Virus record (IMG/VR): IMGVR_UViG_2711768058_000013
Location: 1 to 16,071 of that record
Strand: one strand, 5' to 3'
DNA: 16,071 nt
Origin: a virus
Taxonomy: Duplodnaviria > Heunggongvirae > Uroviricota > Caudoviricetes
Below the pieces are notes generated by a model that saw nothing but the letters and a program-made list of their open reading frames with translations, did not search any database and was not told the origin of the DNA. This document shows positions 14,848-16,071 of this stretch, piece by piece (within the stretch, counting starts at the first letter, position 1; every line of letters begins with the position of its first letter). The position numbers and the translations under genes were made by a program.

Positions 14848-16071
14848 TCAGTTTGAGTCTAAACTGACACAAGTAACGAGTGATTCAACCCTCTCCCACC
14901 ACGCTTGGTAGGCTTTACGCTGTTCTTCTAGATAATTGCTCTTGTCATAAACTTGCCATACCCCTGGCAGTTTATGACCGAGCATAATTTCTGCGATATG
15001 AGGCGCAGTAAGATCAGAAAAATTTGTTCGAGCTGTACGTCTCAAGTCATGAAGAGACCAATGAGGGAATTGATATCCTAAACGCCGCCATGCGTACTGC
15101 ATTAAATTGTAAGGCAGCGACTGCAATGATGTCCGACCAACGGGTTCCCTGCTTCCTTCCTTAGTAAAAAGCATATCGGAACCATTGTTCATAGAGATAG
15201 CGTACTTTATAAGCTCTTCAACCGGTTCAATAATGGGCCGCTTTAGCGGTTCGCCTGTTATCTCCCCAGTCTTATGTCGTTCTGGTGGTACAGTCCATAC
15301 TTTATTAATGAAATCAAAATCGTCCACCCGGGCGGTAATTAGCTCTGAACTACGGCAACCAAAATGCAGCAATAGTTTAATGAAGGCCCGGTATTTAGGA
15401 ACCATTCGAGAACCATCGATCGCAGCATAAAGGATTTTAATTTCATCGTGTGTCAGAAACCGTTTCTTCTGACCTTTACGGATATCCATATCTTTACCCG
15501 TGATGTCCGACAGCGGGCGAGTTTCAATAAGCTTTCTCTTATACGCCCAGACATGGGCCTGCTTTGCGTTAATTAGCAATCGGTCTGCTATTGCTGGAGT
15601 CTTAGTGCTAAGAGGCTCCAGGACTTCTAACCAATCATGCAATGTAGCTGCATCGTGAGGGATATTCCCGATTTTAGAGAACAGGTGCAGCTCAAACGAG
15701 CGGAGTATCTGTTCAGAACCCTTTTTATTTTTTACACAATATGCTTCATACCAGGCAAGGATCACAGACTCTACCGTCATGGCTTCAGTAGCTTTTCGTT
15801 TTTCAGCCTGCTTGACCAATCGTGGATTACGGTTTGACTCGAGTTCACCACGGAGACGGATAACTTCTTCTCTGGCCTCTTTTAATCCAGTTGCCGGGTA
15901 AGTTCCGATATCAAGACGCTCACCTTTCCCTGCCCATTGATAACGATATTGGAACACTACGCGACCTTTCGGGGATACTCTGACAGACAGACCATCACGA
16001 TCGGATTTTACCAAAACCTTATCACGTTCCTTTCCAACGACTGAACGCAACCACGCATCAGACAGCGCCAT
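14848..16071 (-). CDS. int: Tyrosine recombinase / phage integrase, P4-type
   Basis: 407-aa ORF whose ATG is the last three bases of the window. N-terminal arm-binding-type region (LSDAWLRSV...VRVSPKGRVVFQYRYQWAGKGERLDIGTYP), catalytic region with HDLRRTARTNF and C-terminal MLGHKLPGVWQVYDKSNY containing the presumptive catalytic Tyr. Confidence 0.9.
   Translation of the reverse strand: MALSDAWLRSVVGKERDKVLVKSDRDGLSVRVSPKGRVVFQYRYQWAGKGERLDIGTYPATGLKEAREEVIRLRGELESNRNPRLVKQAEKRKATEAMTVESVILAWYEAYCVKNKKGSEQILRSFELHLFSKIGNIPHDAATLHDWLEVLEPLSTKTPAIADRLLINAKQAHVWAYKRKLIETRPLSDITGKDMDIRKGQKKRFLTHDEIKILYAAIDGSRMVPKYRAFIKLLLHFGCRSSELITARVDDFDFINKVWTVPPERHKTGEITGEPLKRPIIEPVEELIKYAISMNNGSDMLFTKEGSREPVGRTSLQSLPYNLMQYAWRRLGYQFPHWSLHDLRRTARTNFSDLTAPHIAEIMLGHKLPGVWQVYDKSNYLEEQRKAYQAWWERVESLVTCVSLDSN

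Noticed and set aside
15185-15837. Plus-strand ORFs (81 aa, 66 aa) inside the integrase gene
   Set aside because: Antisense to a full-length integrase with conserved catalytic motifs; spurious.

Overview
No database search was possible; every call is from reading the sequence and the ORF track. The window looks like a segment of a lambdoid prophage resembling E. coli CPS-53/KplE1 (yfdN/yfdP/yfdQ/yfdR-like genes, recalled from K-12 gene order and lengths). A long, translationally coupled minus-strand operon runs from the immunity region to the antiterminator: cro-like -> CII-like -> split small gene -> O-like replication initiator with internal iterons -> PerC-like -> LexA DNA-binding-domain protein -> RusA -> KilA-N -> DUF968-like -> Q. 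A small ORF and an orphan beta-class N6/N4 DNA methyltransferase lie further down that strand. On the plus strand a cI-type repressor (HTH + S24 peptidase) diverges from cro, with five copies of AACTAAG split between the OR and OL-like regions, followed by an unknown ORF, yfdP/yfdQ/yfdR-like genes, an AlpA/Xis-type excisionase and a convergent P4-type tyrosine integrase at the window edge. Two AT-rich cargo cassettes are the main candidates for an undescribed system: (1) 12912-14777, between excisionase and integrase, encoding an Mrr-like PD-(D/E)xK nuclease-domain protein plus a protein with a C-terminal HEPN-like R-N-x-x-x-H motif; (2) 1664-3274, convergent on Q at the classic Q-to-late-gene moron site, encoding one or two soluble proteins plus a 4-TM membrane protein. 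No rRNA, tRNA or CRISPR array was found.
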